Position numbers and translations under genes: made by a program
In this document: positions 30,153 to 40,117 of the stretch, piece by piece
Position numbering within the stretch: position 1 is the first letter of the stretch
Layout: every line of letters starts with the position of its first letter
Notes under the pieces: model-generated
What the model saw: the letters and a program-made list of their open reading frames with translations, nothing else
What the model was told of the DNA's origin: nothing
Database searches by the model: none
NCBI GenBank assembly: GCA_020348885.1
Contig: CP070755.1
Location: forward strand, 1,630,689 to 1,694,688
Source of the DNA: Candidatus Coatesbacteria bacterium
GTDB lineage: Bacteria > RBG-13-66-14 > B26-G2 > WVWN01 > G020348885
DNA length: 64,000 nt
Direction of reading: 5' to 3'

Positions 30153-31652
30153 ATGGTTTACGACTGGATGCACCTGGCGCCTCACATGGTTCTGGCCGGC
30201 GCCGGTATATTCGTAATAACCCTGGACCTGGTTTGGGGGAAGCTCGGACGCGCATTGGCACCCTGGCTCACGATAGCCGCCGCGGCCGCCGCCGGCGCCC
30301 TGGCCCTCCGGGCGTGGGGCCCCGGCGCCGTAAGTTGGGGCGGGGCTCTCGTCGTGGACAGCCTGTACGTGCTATTCGGCCTCGTCTTCTCCGTCGCGCT
30401 GATTCTGGTCACGCTTCTCTCGCTCCGATATTGGCCATTGGACCAGGAAAGAAAGCCCGAGTACTTCGGACTGCTCCTGCTCGTTACCGCCGCTGTTTAC
30501 TTCATGGCTTCGAGCCTCGACCTCATACTAATCTACGTCGCGATCGAGTTCTCGTCGATTCTATCTTACGTGCTTGCCGGATACTTACGCCGTAACCCGG
30601 CGTCGGGCGAAGCCGGGCTCAAGTACTTCCTCTACGGCGCGTCCGCCTCGGCCGTGATGCTTCTCGGATTCGCCCTATTGTACGGGATGACCGGTACCAC
30701 CAACCTGGTCGGGATAAGCGAAGCGCTGCCCGAACTGGGCCGGTCCGCCAGCGACGTGGGGTACATCACCCTCGTCCCCGGCGCCGTGGAAATCCCGGGC
30801 AACTGGGCGCTCTTCCTGGCCGCCGGGTTGGTGCTCGTGGGCCTCGGTTACAAGATAAGCGCCGTGCCGTTTCATATGTGGGCGCCGGACGCGTACAACG
30901 GCGCTCCTACCCCTATCGCGGCGTTCCTTTCGGTCGCGTCCAAAGCCTCGGGTTTCGCCGTCCTCCTCCGGTTCGTCCTAGTCCTCCACCCGAACCTGGA
31001 GTTGGTCGGCGGCGCGTGGACGTCGTACGTATCGGTCCTCGCGGTCCTCAGCATGGTAATCGGTTCGTTAATCGGCATAGTCCAGAACGACATCAGGCGG
31101 CTGCTGGCGTACTCGTCTATCGCCCACGCCGGGTTCATCCTACTCGGCGTAGTCGCCGATACGCGGCTCGGGTACGCGTCGGTTATCATATACCTGGTCA
31201 TCTACGCCTTTATGAACATAGGAGCCTTCGGTCTGGCGAGTATAGTCGGCCACATTACGGGCGGGTACGAGCTGAGCGACTACTCGGGTCTGGGGCGCCG
31301 GCGCCCGATTCTGGCGGCGCTCTTGGCGGTCTTCCTGCTGTCGCTGGCCGGGATACCGCCGCTGGCCGGGTTCTTCGCCAAGTTTTACGTGCTGGCGGCT
31401 ATTATCCAGACCGGCCACTATACCCTCGCCGTCATCGCCATCTTGATGAGCGTGGTCGGGCTCTTCCTTTACGCCCGAGTCCTCAAGGCTATGTACTTCG
31501 ACAGACCCGAAGAAGCGGTGCCCGAGGTCCGGCGCCTGTCCTGGGCAGGCGCCGTCGCAATGGTCCTCTGCTTCGTCGGGACACTTGCGCCCGGCGTCTA
31601 TCCGCAACCGCTCGTGGCCTGGGCGAAAGAAGCCATCGCGTTGATCTTATAA
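30153..31652 (+). CDS. nuoN: NADH-quinone oxidoreductase subunit N
   Basis: EAGLKYF, YKISAVPFHMWAPDAYNGAPTP, RLLAYSSIAHAG, SLAGIPPLAGF. Confidence 0.96.
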   Translation: MVYDWMHLAPHMVLAGAGIFVITLDLVWGKLGRALAPWLTIAAAAAAGALALRAWGPGAVSWGGALVVDSLYVLFGLVFSVALILVTLLSLRYWPLDQERKPEYFGLLLLVTAAVYFMASSLDLILIYVAIEFSSILSYVLAGYLRRNPASGEAGLKYFLYGASASAVMLLGFALLYGMTGTTNLVGISEALPELGRSASDVGYITLVPGAVEIPGNWALFLAAGLVLVGLGYKISAVPFHMWAPDAYNGAPTPIAAFLSVASKASGFAVLLRFVLVLHPNLELVGGAWTSYVSVLAVLSMVIGSLIGIVQNDIRRLLAYSSIAHAGFILLGVVADTRLGYASVIIYLVIYAFMNIGAFGLASIVGHITGGYELSDYSGLGRRRPILAALLAVFLLSLAGIPPLAGFFAKFYVLAAIIQTGHYTLAVIAILMSVVGLFLYARVLKAMYFDRPEEAVPEVRRLSWAGAVAMVLCFVGTLAPGVYPQPLVAWAKEAIALIL

Positions 31653-31679
31653 AAAAAACGCCTTAAACACCGATACGAC

Positions 31680-31706
31680 TAACCGCCCGCGGGAACGGGC
31701 GGTTTA
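31680..31706 (+). terminator. Terminator of the nuo operon
   Basis: AACCGCCCG/CGGGCGGTT inverted repeat with a short T tail. Confidence 0.6.
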
Positions 31707-31734
31707 ACGCTATACGCGTGGCCGGGCAAAAGGT

Positions 31735-31763
31735 TTGATTTAGGCCGGTCGTTTTGCTAAAAT
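31735..31763 (+). promoter_or_regulatory. Sigma70-type promoter
   Basis: TTGATT-N17-TAAAAT with extended -10 TG. Confidence 0.6.
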
Positions 31764-31813
31764 TCCTAAAAGACCGAATATCCCCAAAACGGCGTTAAGA
31801 ACGGTTGGCAACC

Positions 31814-32932
31814 ATGTTTAGAAGAGACTATTCCGTACTGATAACCGCCCACTCGGGCGAAAAAGTGTATTCGTTTCACATAAACCGCTGGGCTTTACGG
31901 GCCGCGGCCGTTCTCTTTTTAGCTGTCGCGGCGGGTTCGATCGCCGTAATCTACACGACCGTCGTCAACTACCGCGTTCTCAATGAAGCAGTCGTACCGG
32001 CGTACGCCAGCAACATAATTCTGGCCGAGGAGAACATGCGTTTGTACGAGGAGATAGAGACGCGCGACAACGCCATCGGCAGCCTCGAGTTCCGCGTGGA
32101 GAAAGAGCGGGAGGAGTACGCTCAGGCTCTGGCCCGGCTCCACGCAAGCATAAAGCGCTTGAACAAGTTCTACACGGACTTGAAAATAATGGCCGGGTTC
32201 AGATTGTCCGCCGACGAAGCGAAGCGGCTCAGCGGCGACGTGGAGGACCTCGGTTCCGGGGGTCCGTCTATGGACCGCTACGAGTACGTCCAATCTATGC
32301 TTATACAACAGGACGAGGAGTTCATCCGCGAGAGTATCAACCGCGAAAGCCTTCTAGCGAAGGAATGCTCCCGATGCGAAAAGGAATTCCTGGTCCTGAA
32401 AGCGATGCTGGAGAAGAAGAAGTCGCTACTTGCCGATATGCCGGACATGTCGCCTGTCAAGGGGATTATCACGTCGTACTTCGGGGCGCGGCGCGCCAAC
32501 GGCGTCCACAACGGCCTGGACATCGGGGCGCCATTAGGAACTCCGATAGTCGCGCCGGCTGACGCCGTAGTAATTAAAGCGGGGCCCAGCCCTCTTTACG
32601 GAAATGTCGTCTTTCTTGACCACGGCGAGGGCGTAACGTCCCGGTACGCCCACCTCTCGGATGTGAACTGTTCCGTGGGCGACCGGGTCGTCCGCGGCGA
32701 CGTAATCGCGTTCACGGGCGCCACCGGCTGGGCGACCGGCTCGCACCTCCACTACGAAATCCGTATAAACGGCGTACCGGTGGACCCAATAAACTACCTT
32801 AACGACAAACTTCAAGTCCATATAGTCGACGGGAGCAAGCGGATAAACGTGGATATCCCCGAAGACTTCGAGGAGACGCTGGAGTTGGTGGACGCGGAGG
32901 ATGCACCTATCGGCGGTCCCGGCGAAGAGTGA
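31814..32932 (+). CDS. M23 family peptidoglycan endopeptidase (TM, coiled coil, M23)
   Basis: HNGLD (HxxxD), YAHL, TG.ATGSHLHYE, PVDP. Confidence 0.93.
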   Translation: MFRRDYSVLITAHSGEKVYSFHINRWALRAAAVLFLAVAAGSIAVIYTTVVNYRVLNEAVVPAYASNIILAEENMRLYEEIETRDNAIGSLEFRVEKEREEYAQALARLHASIKRLNKFYTDLKIMAGFRLSADEAKRLSGDVEDLGSGGPSMDRYEYVQSMLIQQDEEFIRESINRESLLAKECSRCEKEFLVLKAMLEKKKSLLADMPDMSPVKGIITSYFGARRANGVHNGLDIGAPLGTPIVAPADAVVIKAGPSPLYGNVVFLDHGEGVTSRYAHLSDVNCSVGDRVVRGDVIAFTGATGWATGSHLHYEIRINGVPVDPINYLNDKLQVHIVDGSKRINVDIPEDFEETLELVDAEDAPIGGPGEE

Positions 32933-32949
32933 TACGGGGCGTTCGTCGG

Positions 32950-33741
32950 ATGGAAAAACCTATCGCGATAACGATAGCCGGGCACGACCCATCAGGCGGC
33001 GCCGGCGCCGCGGCGGACGCAATAACTTTCGCGGTGCTCGGGTGTTTCCCAGCGACCGTCGTTACCGCGATTACATATCAGAACACTACAGGCGTCGCCG
33101 GTTTCGATACGCTCGTGGCCGGCCACGTAGAGAAACAGCTAATAGAAGTTATGAACGACTACCGTATATCGGCGGTGAAACTGGGGATGCTGGGGTCGGA
33201 CGAAGTTACATCCATGTTGGCGCCGTATCTCCGCGGGTATGCGGACGCCAGCGTACCGGTGGTCTGCGATACTGTTTTCACGTCCGGCGCCGGGGAACCG
33301 CTATTCGAGGGCGACGCGGCTGGCGCGTACGTCGAACACGTAATCCCCCATTGTTCGATGATCACGCCGAACCTGCCGGAAGCGGAAACGCTAACCGGTA
33401 AAAAGATAGAAGACCCGCGGTCAGCAGCCGAGGAGTTATACAAGCTTTACGGAATACCGGTACTACTGAAAGGCGGACACGCGCCGGGTTACGTAGTAGG
33501 TGATGTACTCTTCAATGGCCGGGGCTTCGACGAGTTCTCAAGGCCGAGAGTGAAAGGGGAAATACACGGTACCGGCTGTCTACTTTCCGCGGCCATAACC
33601 GCTTATTTCGCCAGGGATTACAAACTCCGCGATGCGGTCTCGGCGGCCGAGGACTACGTCTCGGCGGCGTTGGAAAACCGCCTGACGCCGGGAAAAGGGA
33701 CGGCGATACCCGACCGGCTAGCGGCCATAACGTCGCAGTAA
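32950..33741 (+). CDS. thiD: Hydroxymethylpyrimidine/phosphomethylpyrimidine kinase
   Basis: TIAGHDPSGGAG..AD, VKLGML, ITPNLPEA, LKGGH, HGTGC.LS. Confidence 0.92.
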   Translation: MEKPIAITIAGHDPSGGAGAAADAITFAVLGCFPATVVTAITYQNTTGVAGFDTLVAGHVEKQLIEVMNDYRISAVKLGMLGSDEVTSMLAPYLRGYADASVPVVCDTVFTSGAGEPLFEGDAAGAYVEHVIPHCSMITPNLPEAETLTGKKIEDPRSAAEELYKLYGIPVLLKGGHAPGYVVGDVLFNGRGFDEFSRPRVKGEIHGTGCLLSAAITAYFARDYKLRDAVSAAEDYVSAALENRLTPGKGTAIPDRLAAITSQ

Positions 33742-34368
33742 ATGGTGTCGAACGCCGCACTTATAGACGAGTTGGCACGTTTACGCATAATATTAACGGT
33801 CCTTATCGGTTTGACCTTCGCGGGTTGCGAAAAGGAAGAACCGCCGGACTACGGGAAATACGCGCCGGCCAAGACGATTCGCGACCTTAACCTGGCGTAT
33901 AATTTCCGGGACCCGGAGCTACTCGCCGGGTTGTTCGACGAAGACGACTTCGAGCTGTTGCCGGGTACGCGGCCGGAAGGTTTCCCGGCCGAATGGGGTT
34001 ATGACGAGGAAACGGCCGCGACCGGGGCCCTGTTGGAAAGCGCGTACACGATAACCTTCGAAATGGTAAGCGACGACGCGTACATCGGCCGGGCCAGGGT
34101 GGATAACACCGAATACGTAACACCCTGGCTCGATACGCGGATTCGGGTCTATCCCGACGAATACAAAGCGTTATACGCGAGGGGCCGCGTCCGGTTCACT
34201 CTACGACGCGGCGGGCCCGACGAGCAATGGAAGATAATTCGACTCGAGGACTACACGGGGCCGGAGTACGCCGACGTATTGGAGAAACCTGACACGGAGT
34301 TGACTTCGTGGACGGCAATTAAACTATCGTACCTCGGCGTAGATACCGCGGAAAAGAGAACCGAATGA
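33742..34368 (+). CDS. Hypothetical lipoprotein
   Basis: Lipobox FAGC; operonic with flanking genes; near-terminal TSWTAIKLSY. Confidence 0.7.
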   Translation: MVSNAALIDELARLRIILTVLIGLTFAGCEKEEPPDYGKYAPAKTIRDLNLAYNFRDPELLAGLFDEDDFELLPGTRPEGFPAEWGYDEETAATGALLESAYTITFEMVSDDAYIGRARVDNTEYVTPWLDTRIRVYPDEYKALYARGRVRFTLRRGGPDEQWKIIRLEDYTGPEYADVLEKPDTELTSWTAIKLSYLGVDTAEKRTE

Positions 34369-34970
34369 ACTGGGTCGACCTGGTACTCGCGGCGGTTATC
34401 GTATTCAACGTCGGCCTCGGTATCGCCCATGGCATCTTCCGGGAGGTATTGAGCCTCGCCGGGATCGTAATCGGTATCTTCGCCGGAATAAAAGGCTACG
34501 AAGCTATCGGTTGGCACGTTGAGGGTTTCCTGGGTACGGGGCCGGGGGTCGCGAACCTGGTGGCGTTCGTCCTGATATTCGCCGTAATAGTCAGCGTTTT
34601 TTACTACCTAGGACATTTATTACACAAAGCGGCGGCCAAACTCTTCGTAAGCTGGCTCGACAGGACCGGCGGCGGGGTCTTCGGCGCCGTTAAGGGGTTG
34701 TTGTTCGCGAGCGTAATATCGCTCGTGCTGGCACTATTCCCGTTCACAGACAAGCTGGAGAACGACCTGAATACGTCGATCATCGGCCCCCACGTGGTCA
34801 AGTTCGCGCCGGCGCTCTACGGAACGGTTATGGGATGGGTAAGAGGCGGTGACTACGAAGGGTTGGATATAACTTCTCTGTTGGAAAGTTACGCCGAGGG
34901 CGCGGCCGAGGAGACCGAAGACGAGTCATTACCCGACGACTTCCTGCCAGCCGAAGACGATGAAGAATAG
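34365..34970 (+). CDS. cvpA: CvpA family protein
   Basis: MNWVD, G..HGIFREVLSL, LDRTGGGVFGAVKG. Confidence 0.9.
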   Translation: MNWVDLVLAAVIVFNVGLGIAHGIFREVLSLAGIVIGIFAGIKGYEAIGWHVEGFLGTGPGVANLVAFVLIFAVIVSVFYYLGHLLHKAAAKLFVSWLDRTGGGVFGAVKGLLFASVISLVLALFPFTDKLENDLNTSIIGPHVVKFAPALYGTVMGWVRGGDYEGLDITSLLESYAEGAAEETEDESLPDDFLPAEDDEE

Positions 34971-35781
34971 CGAGGAAAACCCGAAGTTGATAGATCACCA
35001 CGTCCATACTATCTACTGCGGCCACGCCGAGGGGACGTTGGAAGACTACGTGGCGTCGGCCGGGGAAGCCGGCCTTGGAGGCGTCGGATTCTGCGACCAT
35101 TTACCTTTCTTGGCGTTCGAGGATCGGTCGCTCGCTATGTGTTGGGAAGAACTTCCACGGTACGTGGACGAAGTACTCAGACTCGCGGGAAAGGAAAAAT
35201 CTCCCGCCGTCAAATTGGGTATTGAAGCCGATTACTTCCCCGGGCAGGAGGAAACCCTTTACGCTATATTCCGCAACTTCCCCTTTGATTATGTTTACGG
35301 GTCAATACATTTTATCGAAGGGTGGGGCTTTGACGACAGCCGCAACGTAGAAAAGTACGAAGGACTCGACGTGAACGACTTCTACCGGAAATACTACAAC
35401 CTCGTAGTCGAAATGGCGGTAACCGGCCTCTTCGACGTATGGGCCCACCCGGACTTACCCAAAAAGTTCCGCTACCGCCCGGATAACCAGCCAGTCGAAT
35501 TGGTCGAAGCGGCTCTCGAGGCTATAGCCGCCAACGGTATGGCGCTTGAGGTCAATACCGGCGGGCTTCGCAAGCCGGTCGGGGAGGTGTACCCCGAACC
35601 GTGGATATTGGAGATCGCGAACCGCGCCGGCGTACCGATATGCTTTGGCTCCGACGCGCATAAACCCGAATATGTAGGCGCCGCATTCGTCGAAGCCGTA
35701 AAGCTGGTCCGGTCCAGCGGCTACGAATCTCACGTAACCTTTAAGGGGCGGCGTCCGGTGGAGTTGGAACTCCCGACATAA
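34960..35781 (+). CDS. PHP-family histidinol-phosphatase (HisJ/HisK type)
   Basis: DHHVHT..CGHA, GFCDH, GIEADY, GSIH, AHPDL.K, EVNT.G, GSDAH. Confidence 0.88.
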   Translation: MKNSEENPKLIDHHVHTIYCGHAEGTLEDYVASAGEAGLGGVGFCDHLPFLAFEDRSLAMCWEELPRYVDEVLRLAGKEKSPAVKLGIEADYFPGQEETLYAIFRNFPFDYVYGSIHFIEGWGFDDSRNVEKYEGLDVNDFYRKYYNLVVEMAVTGLFDVWAHPDLPKKFRYRPDNQPVELVEAALEAIAANGMALEVNTGGLRKPVGEVYPEPWILEIANRAGVPICFGSDAHKPEYVGAAFVEAVKLVRSSGYESHVTFKGRRPVELELPT

Positions 35782-35795
35782 AAAAGGTGACGCTT

Positions 35796-36515
35796 ATGCG
35801 TTTAGGCGTGAACATAGACCACGTAGCGACCGTCAGACAAGCTCGGGGAACTTTCGAGCCGGACCCGGTAGCTGCCGCGTTCCTGTGCGAGCGGGCCGGC
35901 GCGAGCCACATCACGATGCACCTTCGCGAGGACCGTCGCCATATCCAGGAGAGGGACTTGGCGATATTGAGCGAGGTCGTCGCCACCGGTATAGATTTGG
36001 AAATGGCCGCGACCGCAGAGATGGTCACAATCGCGAAGAAGTACGAACCGACGTTCGTAACCCTCGTCCCGGAGAAGCGCGAGGAGTTGACTACCGAAGG
36101 CGGCTTGGACGTCGCCGGGCAAGCGGAGCGGTTGACCGAGGTCATCGCCGAATTAAAAACGGCCGGCGTACCCGTCAGCACGTTCATAGAGCCGGAGGAA
36201 GCGCAAATAGACGCGTCGGTCGAAATCGGAGCCGAAATCGTGGAAATACACACCGGCTCGTACGCCAACGCGACCGGAGATGAAAGGGAACGGCAACTGG
36301 AACGCATAATGACTGCGGCCGAGCACGCTTCCGGCGCCGGTCTTTCGGTAAGCGCCGGCCACGGGCTGACATACTACAACGTAGCGCCGGTCGCGGCGAT
36401 ACCGGAAATCGAGGAACTGAACATAGGTCACAGCATAGTATCCCGAGCGATTATGATCGGGATGGAGGACGCGGTACGCGAGATGCTCTCGTTAATAAAG
36501 GAGGCCCGGCGGTAG
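35796..36515 (+). CDS. pdxJ: Pyridoxine 5'-phosphate synthase
   Basis: [44 protein letters not shown]. Confidence 0.98.
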   Translation: MRLGVNIDHVATVRQARGTFEPDPVAAAFLCERAGASHITMHLREDRRHIQERDLAILSEVVATGIDLEMAATAEMVTIAKKYEPTFVTLVPEKREELTTEGGLDVAGQAERLTEVIAELKTAGVPVSTFIEPEEAQIDASVEIGAEIVEIHTGSYANATGDERERQLERIMTAAEHASGAGLSVSAGHGLTYYNVAPVAAIPEIEELNIGHSIVSRAIMIGMEDAVREMLSLIKEARR

Positions 36516-36898
36516 TGGCCGTCGTCGGCATAGGGCTGGACGTAGTAGACGTTCCCCGGTTCGCCGGGGTTTACGAACGTTTCGGCGAAAAGTTCCTGCG
36601 GCGAGTCTTCACCGACGCGGAACGGGTTTACTGCGGGAAACGGGCTGAGCCGCTCAACTGCTACGCTGGACGCTTCGCCGCCAAGGAAGCCGTCTTCAAA
36701 GCTATCGGCGGCGGAACCGGCGTACCTATCCCGCTCCGGGACGTCGAAATCGCGATGGACGGACGCCGCCCGACGGCCCGCCTGCGGGCGACGGCCGAAA
36801 GATTGGCCGGCGAACGCGGTATAACGGATATACACGTAACGATAAGCCACGACGCCGGCGTTGCGGCCGCGGTGGCGGTCGCCGTTAACGATAAGTAA
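36515..36898 (+). CDS. acpS: Holo-[acyl-carrier-protein] synthase
   Basis: GIGLDVV, AGRFAAKEAVFKA, TISHD. Confidence 0.95.
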   Translation: MAVVGIGLDVVDVPRFAGVYERFGEKFLRRVFTDAERVYCGKRAEPLNCYAGRFAAKEAVFKAIGGGTGVPIPLRDVEIAMDGRRPTARLRATAERLAGERGITDIHVTISHDAGVAAAVAVAVNDK

Positions 36899-36905
36899 CC
36901 TCCTA

Positions 36906-38276
36906 ATGTTAGAAGCCGAGAAGATTAACCCGGCGGGAATACCCAACGAAGTAGTTTCGGTCGTCCGCCGCCTGCAGGAGGCAGGTTACGAAGCGTATCT
37001 GGTAGGCGGATGCGTACGGGACCTGGTTATGCGAGCGGAACCCGACGACTACGATGTCGCGACGGATGCCCGGCCCGACGAGGTCGCCAGGTTATTTCCG
37101 CGGACCGCCCCTACCGGGGTTAAACACGGTACCGTCAGCGTCCTCGGCGAACGCGACCGGTACGAGGTCACGACTTACCGCTGCGACGGGAAGTACGGCG
37201 ACGCCCGCCATCCCGACGAAGTCGCGTTTACCGGCGACATATACGAGGACCTGGCGCGCCGGGACTTCACTATCGGCGCGATGGCTTACGACCCGATAAA
37301 CGACGCCTTCCTGGACCCCTTCGACGGCGTACAGGATTTCCACGACCGGGTTATACGAGCAGTAGGCGACCCGGTCGAACGTTTCTACGAGGACGGATTA
37401 CGGCCGCTTCGGGCGGTTCGATTCGCCGCCCGTTTCGGCTTCGCCGTGGACCCTGCCACTTTCGCCGCGATTCCCAACGTTCTCGACAGGGTTAAGATGG
37501 TTTCCGCAGAACGGGTCCGGGGCGAGCTTATGAAGATGTTGGAGCAATCACCGAAACCGTCTTACGGACTCGAGTTAATGCGAGAATCGGGGTTAATGAA
37601 GCTTTTCTTACCGGAGCTCCTGGACGGATACGGTGTTGAACAGAACAAATTCCACGCGTACACAGTTTACTTGCACAACATATACACTTGCGATAACGCG
37701 CCGGCGGACAAACCTTTGATAAGACTCGCCGCAGTATTACACGACGTAGCTAAACCCCAAACCCGCCGGGACCGAAACGGGAAAGTAACGTTTTACAACC
37801 ACCAAGTGATCGGCTCCCGAATGGCTAAAAAGATAATGGAACGGCTCCGGTTTAGTAAACGGGAACAGGACTTCGTCCGTCATCTGGTTTACCATCATAT
37901 GTTCGGCTATACCGACGAATGGACGGATTCGGCGGTACGCCGTTTCATCCGCAAGGTCGGACGGGAGTTCGTCGATGACCTGTTCGAGTTGCGAATTGCC
38001 GACACTATCGGGAGCGGACGCCTGCGGGCGTTCCCGGTTTACCTCGAGAAGCTGAAGCGGCGTATCGACAAGGAATTGGCCGGTCAAGACGCGTTCAGCG
38101 TGAAGGACCTGGCCGTGGACGGCGAAGAAGTTATGGAACGGCTGGGAATCGCGCCCGGGCCGGAAGTCGGAAACGCGCTTAAGTTCCTGCTCGAAAGGGT
38201 ACTCGACGAGCCGACCCTGAACCGGCGAGAGAAGCTACTGGAACTGTTGGACGAATATAAGGTTCTAACGGCGTAA
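36906..38276 (+). CDS. cca: CCA tRNA nucleotidyltransferase with HD domain
   Basis: LVGGCVRD..DYDVAT, RRDFT, EDGLR.LRAVRF, SAERV, LHDVAK. Confidence 0.88.
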   Translation: MLEAEKINPAGIPNEVVSVVRRLQEAGYEAYLVGGCVRDLVMRAEPDDYDVATDARPDEVARLFPRTAPTGVKHGTVSVLGERDRYEVTTYRCDGKYGDARHPDEVAFTGDIYEDLARRDFTIGAMAYDPINDAFLDPFDGVQDFHDRVIRAVGDPVERFYEDGLRPLRAVRFAARFGFAVDPATFAAIPNVLDRVKMVSAERVRGELMKMLEQSPKPSYGLELMRESGLMKLFLPELLDGYGVEQNKFHAYTVYLHNIYTCDNAPADKPLIRLAAVLHDVAKPQTRRDRNGKVTFYNHQVIGSRMAKKIMERLRFSKREQDFVRHLVYHHMFGYTDEWTDSAVRRFIRKVGREFVDDLFELRIADTIGSGRLRAFPVYLEKLKRRIDKELAGQDAFSVKDLAVDGEEVMERLGIAPGPEVGNALKFLLERVLDEPTLNRREKLLELLDEYKVLTA

Positions 38277-38287
38277 AAAGTCCGAAA

Positions 38288-38755
38288 CTAATCCAACCTC
38301 GGAAGGGCCCATTCGTTTTTCGAACTGAGTATTATCGTCACCGGACCGTCGTTAACGAGCTCGATTTCCATCATAGCTCCGAATACTCCGGAAGCGACGG
38401 GCACGCCCAGGTCCGAAAGCTTGCGAATAAAACGTTCGTACAAAACCTCCGCCAGCTCGGGGGGCGCCGCCGCGGTGAAACTCGGGCGACGCCCTTTTTT
38501 CATTTCACCGTGGATCGTGAACTGGGAAACTATCAGGGCGGAATAAGCGGTGTCCAACAAACTCAGGTTCATACGGCCTTCGTCGTCGCCGAAGACGCGG
38601 AGATTAGCTATCTTCTCGGCCAGGTAAACGGCTTCTTTCTCGTCGTCCTCGGCGCGGACGCCAAGCAACACGAGGAGCCCCGGACCTATCCGGCCGGTTT
38701 CCTCACCCGAGACACGGACGCTCGCCCGCGAAACCCTCTGTACGACGGCTTTCAT
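38288..38755 (-). CDS. dtd: D-aminoacyl-tRNA deacylase
   Basis: MKAVVQRV, VSQFT, KGRRPSF, NDGPVT. Confidence 0.97.
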   Translation of the reverse strand: MKAVVQRVSRASVRVSGEETGRIGPGLLVLLGVRAEDDEKEAVYLAEKIANLRVFGDDEGRMNLSLLDTAYSALIVSQFTIHGEMKKGRRPSFTAAAPPELAEVLYERFIRKLSDLGVPVASGVFGAMMEIELVNDGPVTIILSSKNEWALPRLD

Positions 38756-38777
38756 ACGCCAATCCGACTATTCGAAA

Positions 38778-38811
38778 TAAAAAAAGACAGCCGTCGAACG
38801 ACTGTCTTTTT
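38778..38811. terminator. Intrinsic terminator (reads on the minus strand, possibly bidirectional)
   Basis: AAAAAGACAG...CTGTCTTTTT with A/T tails on both sides. Confidence 0.8.
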
Positions 38812-38826
38812 GCGTTATCGAATCCG

Positions 38827-39300
38827 TTACTGTAACGGCGGAATCGTGAAGACCTGGTCCGGGTAAATCCAATCCGGGTCTTTAATCTGGTCGCGGTTGG
38901 CGTTGTAGATCAAGGGCCATTTGTAGTAGTACGGATGGCCGTAAACCTTTCCGGCGATCATCCAGAGGCAATCGCCGTAGATAACGGTGTACGTATCACC
39001 TTTGCAGAAGCCCTCTATGTACTTCTGGTCTTCGGCGATTATCCCTTTCCACCAGTCCTGGACCTTCTGGATCTTCATTATCTTGCCTTCGAGGGCCTTG
39101 TTCTCGTATTCGACGCCTTCGGCTTCTTTATTTAAGAGAGCCGCATCTTCGAGCATAGCGCCGGTCTGCTCTCTTACATCCATACCCGTCTGACGTTCGT
39201 TTTCGTCTATTTCTTTGACTATCGCGTCCCAGTTCTGGGCGTACGCCAACGCGGGGAGCAGCAAAGAAGCCGCGGCTAATATAAGGACGGTTTTCTTCAC
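38827..39300 (-). CDS. Secreted coiled-coil and LysM peptidoglycan-binding protein
   Basis: Signal peptide (AYA); YTVIYGDCLWMIA...IYNANRDQIKDPDWIYPDQVFTIP LysM. Confidence 0.9.
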   Translation of the reverse strand: MKKTVLILAAASLLLPALAYAQNWDAIVKEIDENERQTGMDVREQTGAMLEDAALLNKEAEGVEYENKALEGKIMKIQKVQDWWKGIIAEDQKYIEGFCKGDTYTVIYGDCLWMIAGKVYGHPYYYKWPLIYNANRDQIKDPDWIYPDQVFTIPPLQ

Positions 39301-39372
39301 AGCGTTTTCTCCACCCCTTTCGTTAGGAGATATTGGAGTTAGTTAACCAGGAATCCCTCCAAAAAAGGGAAT

Positions 39373-39690
39373 CTATTCCCAGCTGGGAGGTTCGTCAAGA
39401 CCGTGGTAAAGCGGCGTAACCGCGTCGCCGCGACCCTTTTCGCAACCGTTGCGCTGGTCGTGCAACTCCTTATGGGTTTCAGCCAGGTCGTCGAGCGAGT
39501 TTACCAACCTTTCGAACTCGCTGTTATAAGCGTCGTTCGCGTCCTTGGCGCGTTGCAGGCGGTCTTCGGCGTCCTGCTTCTGCATCTTCGCGTCGTACCA
39601 AGCCCTGTCGTCGTCGTTCGGACGGCAGCCGATGGTGAAGACCCCGAGGATAAACGCCGCGACAACGACTAATGCGAGTAATTTCCTCAT
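39373..39690 (-). CDS. Small coiled-coil lipoprotein
   Basis: GGAGG RBS; lipobox TIGC; heptad-rich helical body. Confidence 0.8.
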   Translation of the reverse strand: MRKLLALVVVAAFILGVFTIGCRPNDDDRAWYDAKMQKQDAEDRLQRAKDANDAYNSEFERLVNSLDDLAETHKELHDQRNGCEKGRGDAVTPLYHGLDEPPSWE

Positions 39691-39809
39691 CCTGGAACTC
39701 CACCTCCCTTCGAGGCCGTTAATTTATTAATAGGTTACGTTTATAATTTATGAATCCGTTTCGGGTAAGCTGGGAACCGCATCCTATCCTCCCGCGCCGG
39801 ATTTGCCGC

Positions 39810-39838
39810 ATTATACGAAGGGGCGATTTTTTTGTCAA
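39810..39838 (-). promoter_or_regulatory. Perfect-consensus sigma70 promoter for the lipoprotein-LysM operon
   Basis: Minus strand TTGACA-N17-TATAAT. Confidence 0.85.
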
Positions 39839-40032
39839 GGGAAAAAATTCGCCTTTTTCACACGGCGACGGTACGGGACACACAGACGCGTAAATGTGGC
39901 CGTACGGCGTTTACTTACTCTTTTCGGCTTCGAGGCAGGCGTTAACCTAGGTGCCATTGGGACGACGCAAAAAAACCGACCGTCTTAAGTCGAGACAACG
40001 GCCATACTATACGCTGTAACCCCACATTTCCC

Positions 40033-40061
40033 TTGACAATTGCGGTCTTTTAGATTAATAT
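40033..40061 (+). promoter_or_regulatory. Sigma70-type promoter for the moxR operon
   Basis: TTGACA-N17-TAATAT. Confidence 0.6.
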
Positions 40062-40117
40062 CCACGTCTGATTGCCGTCGGGTTCCCGGCGGGCGTAATC
40101 TTATAACCCGTGAAAAT

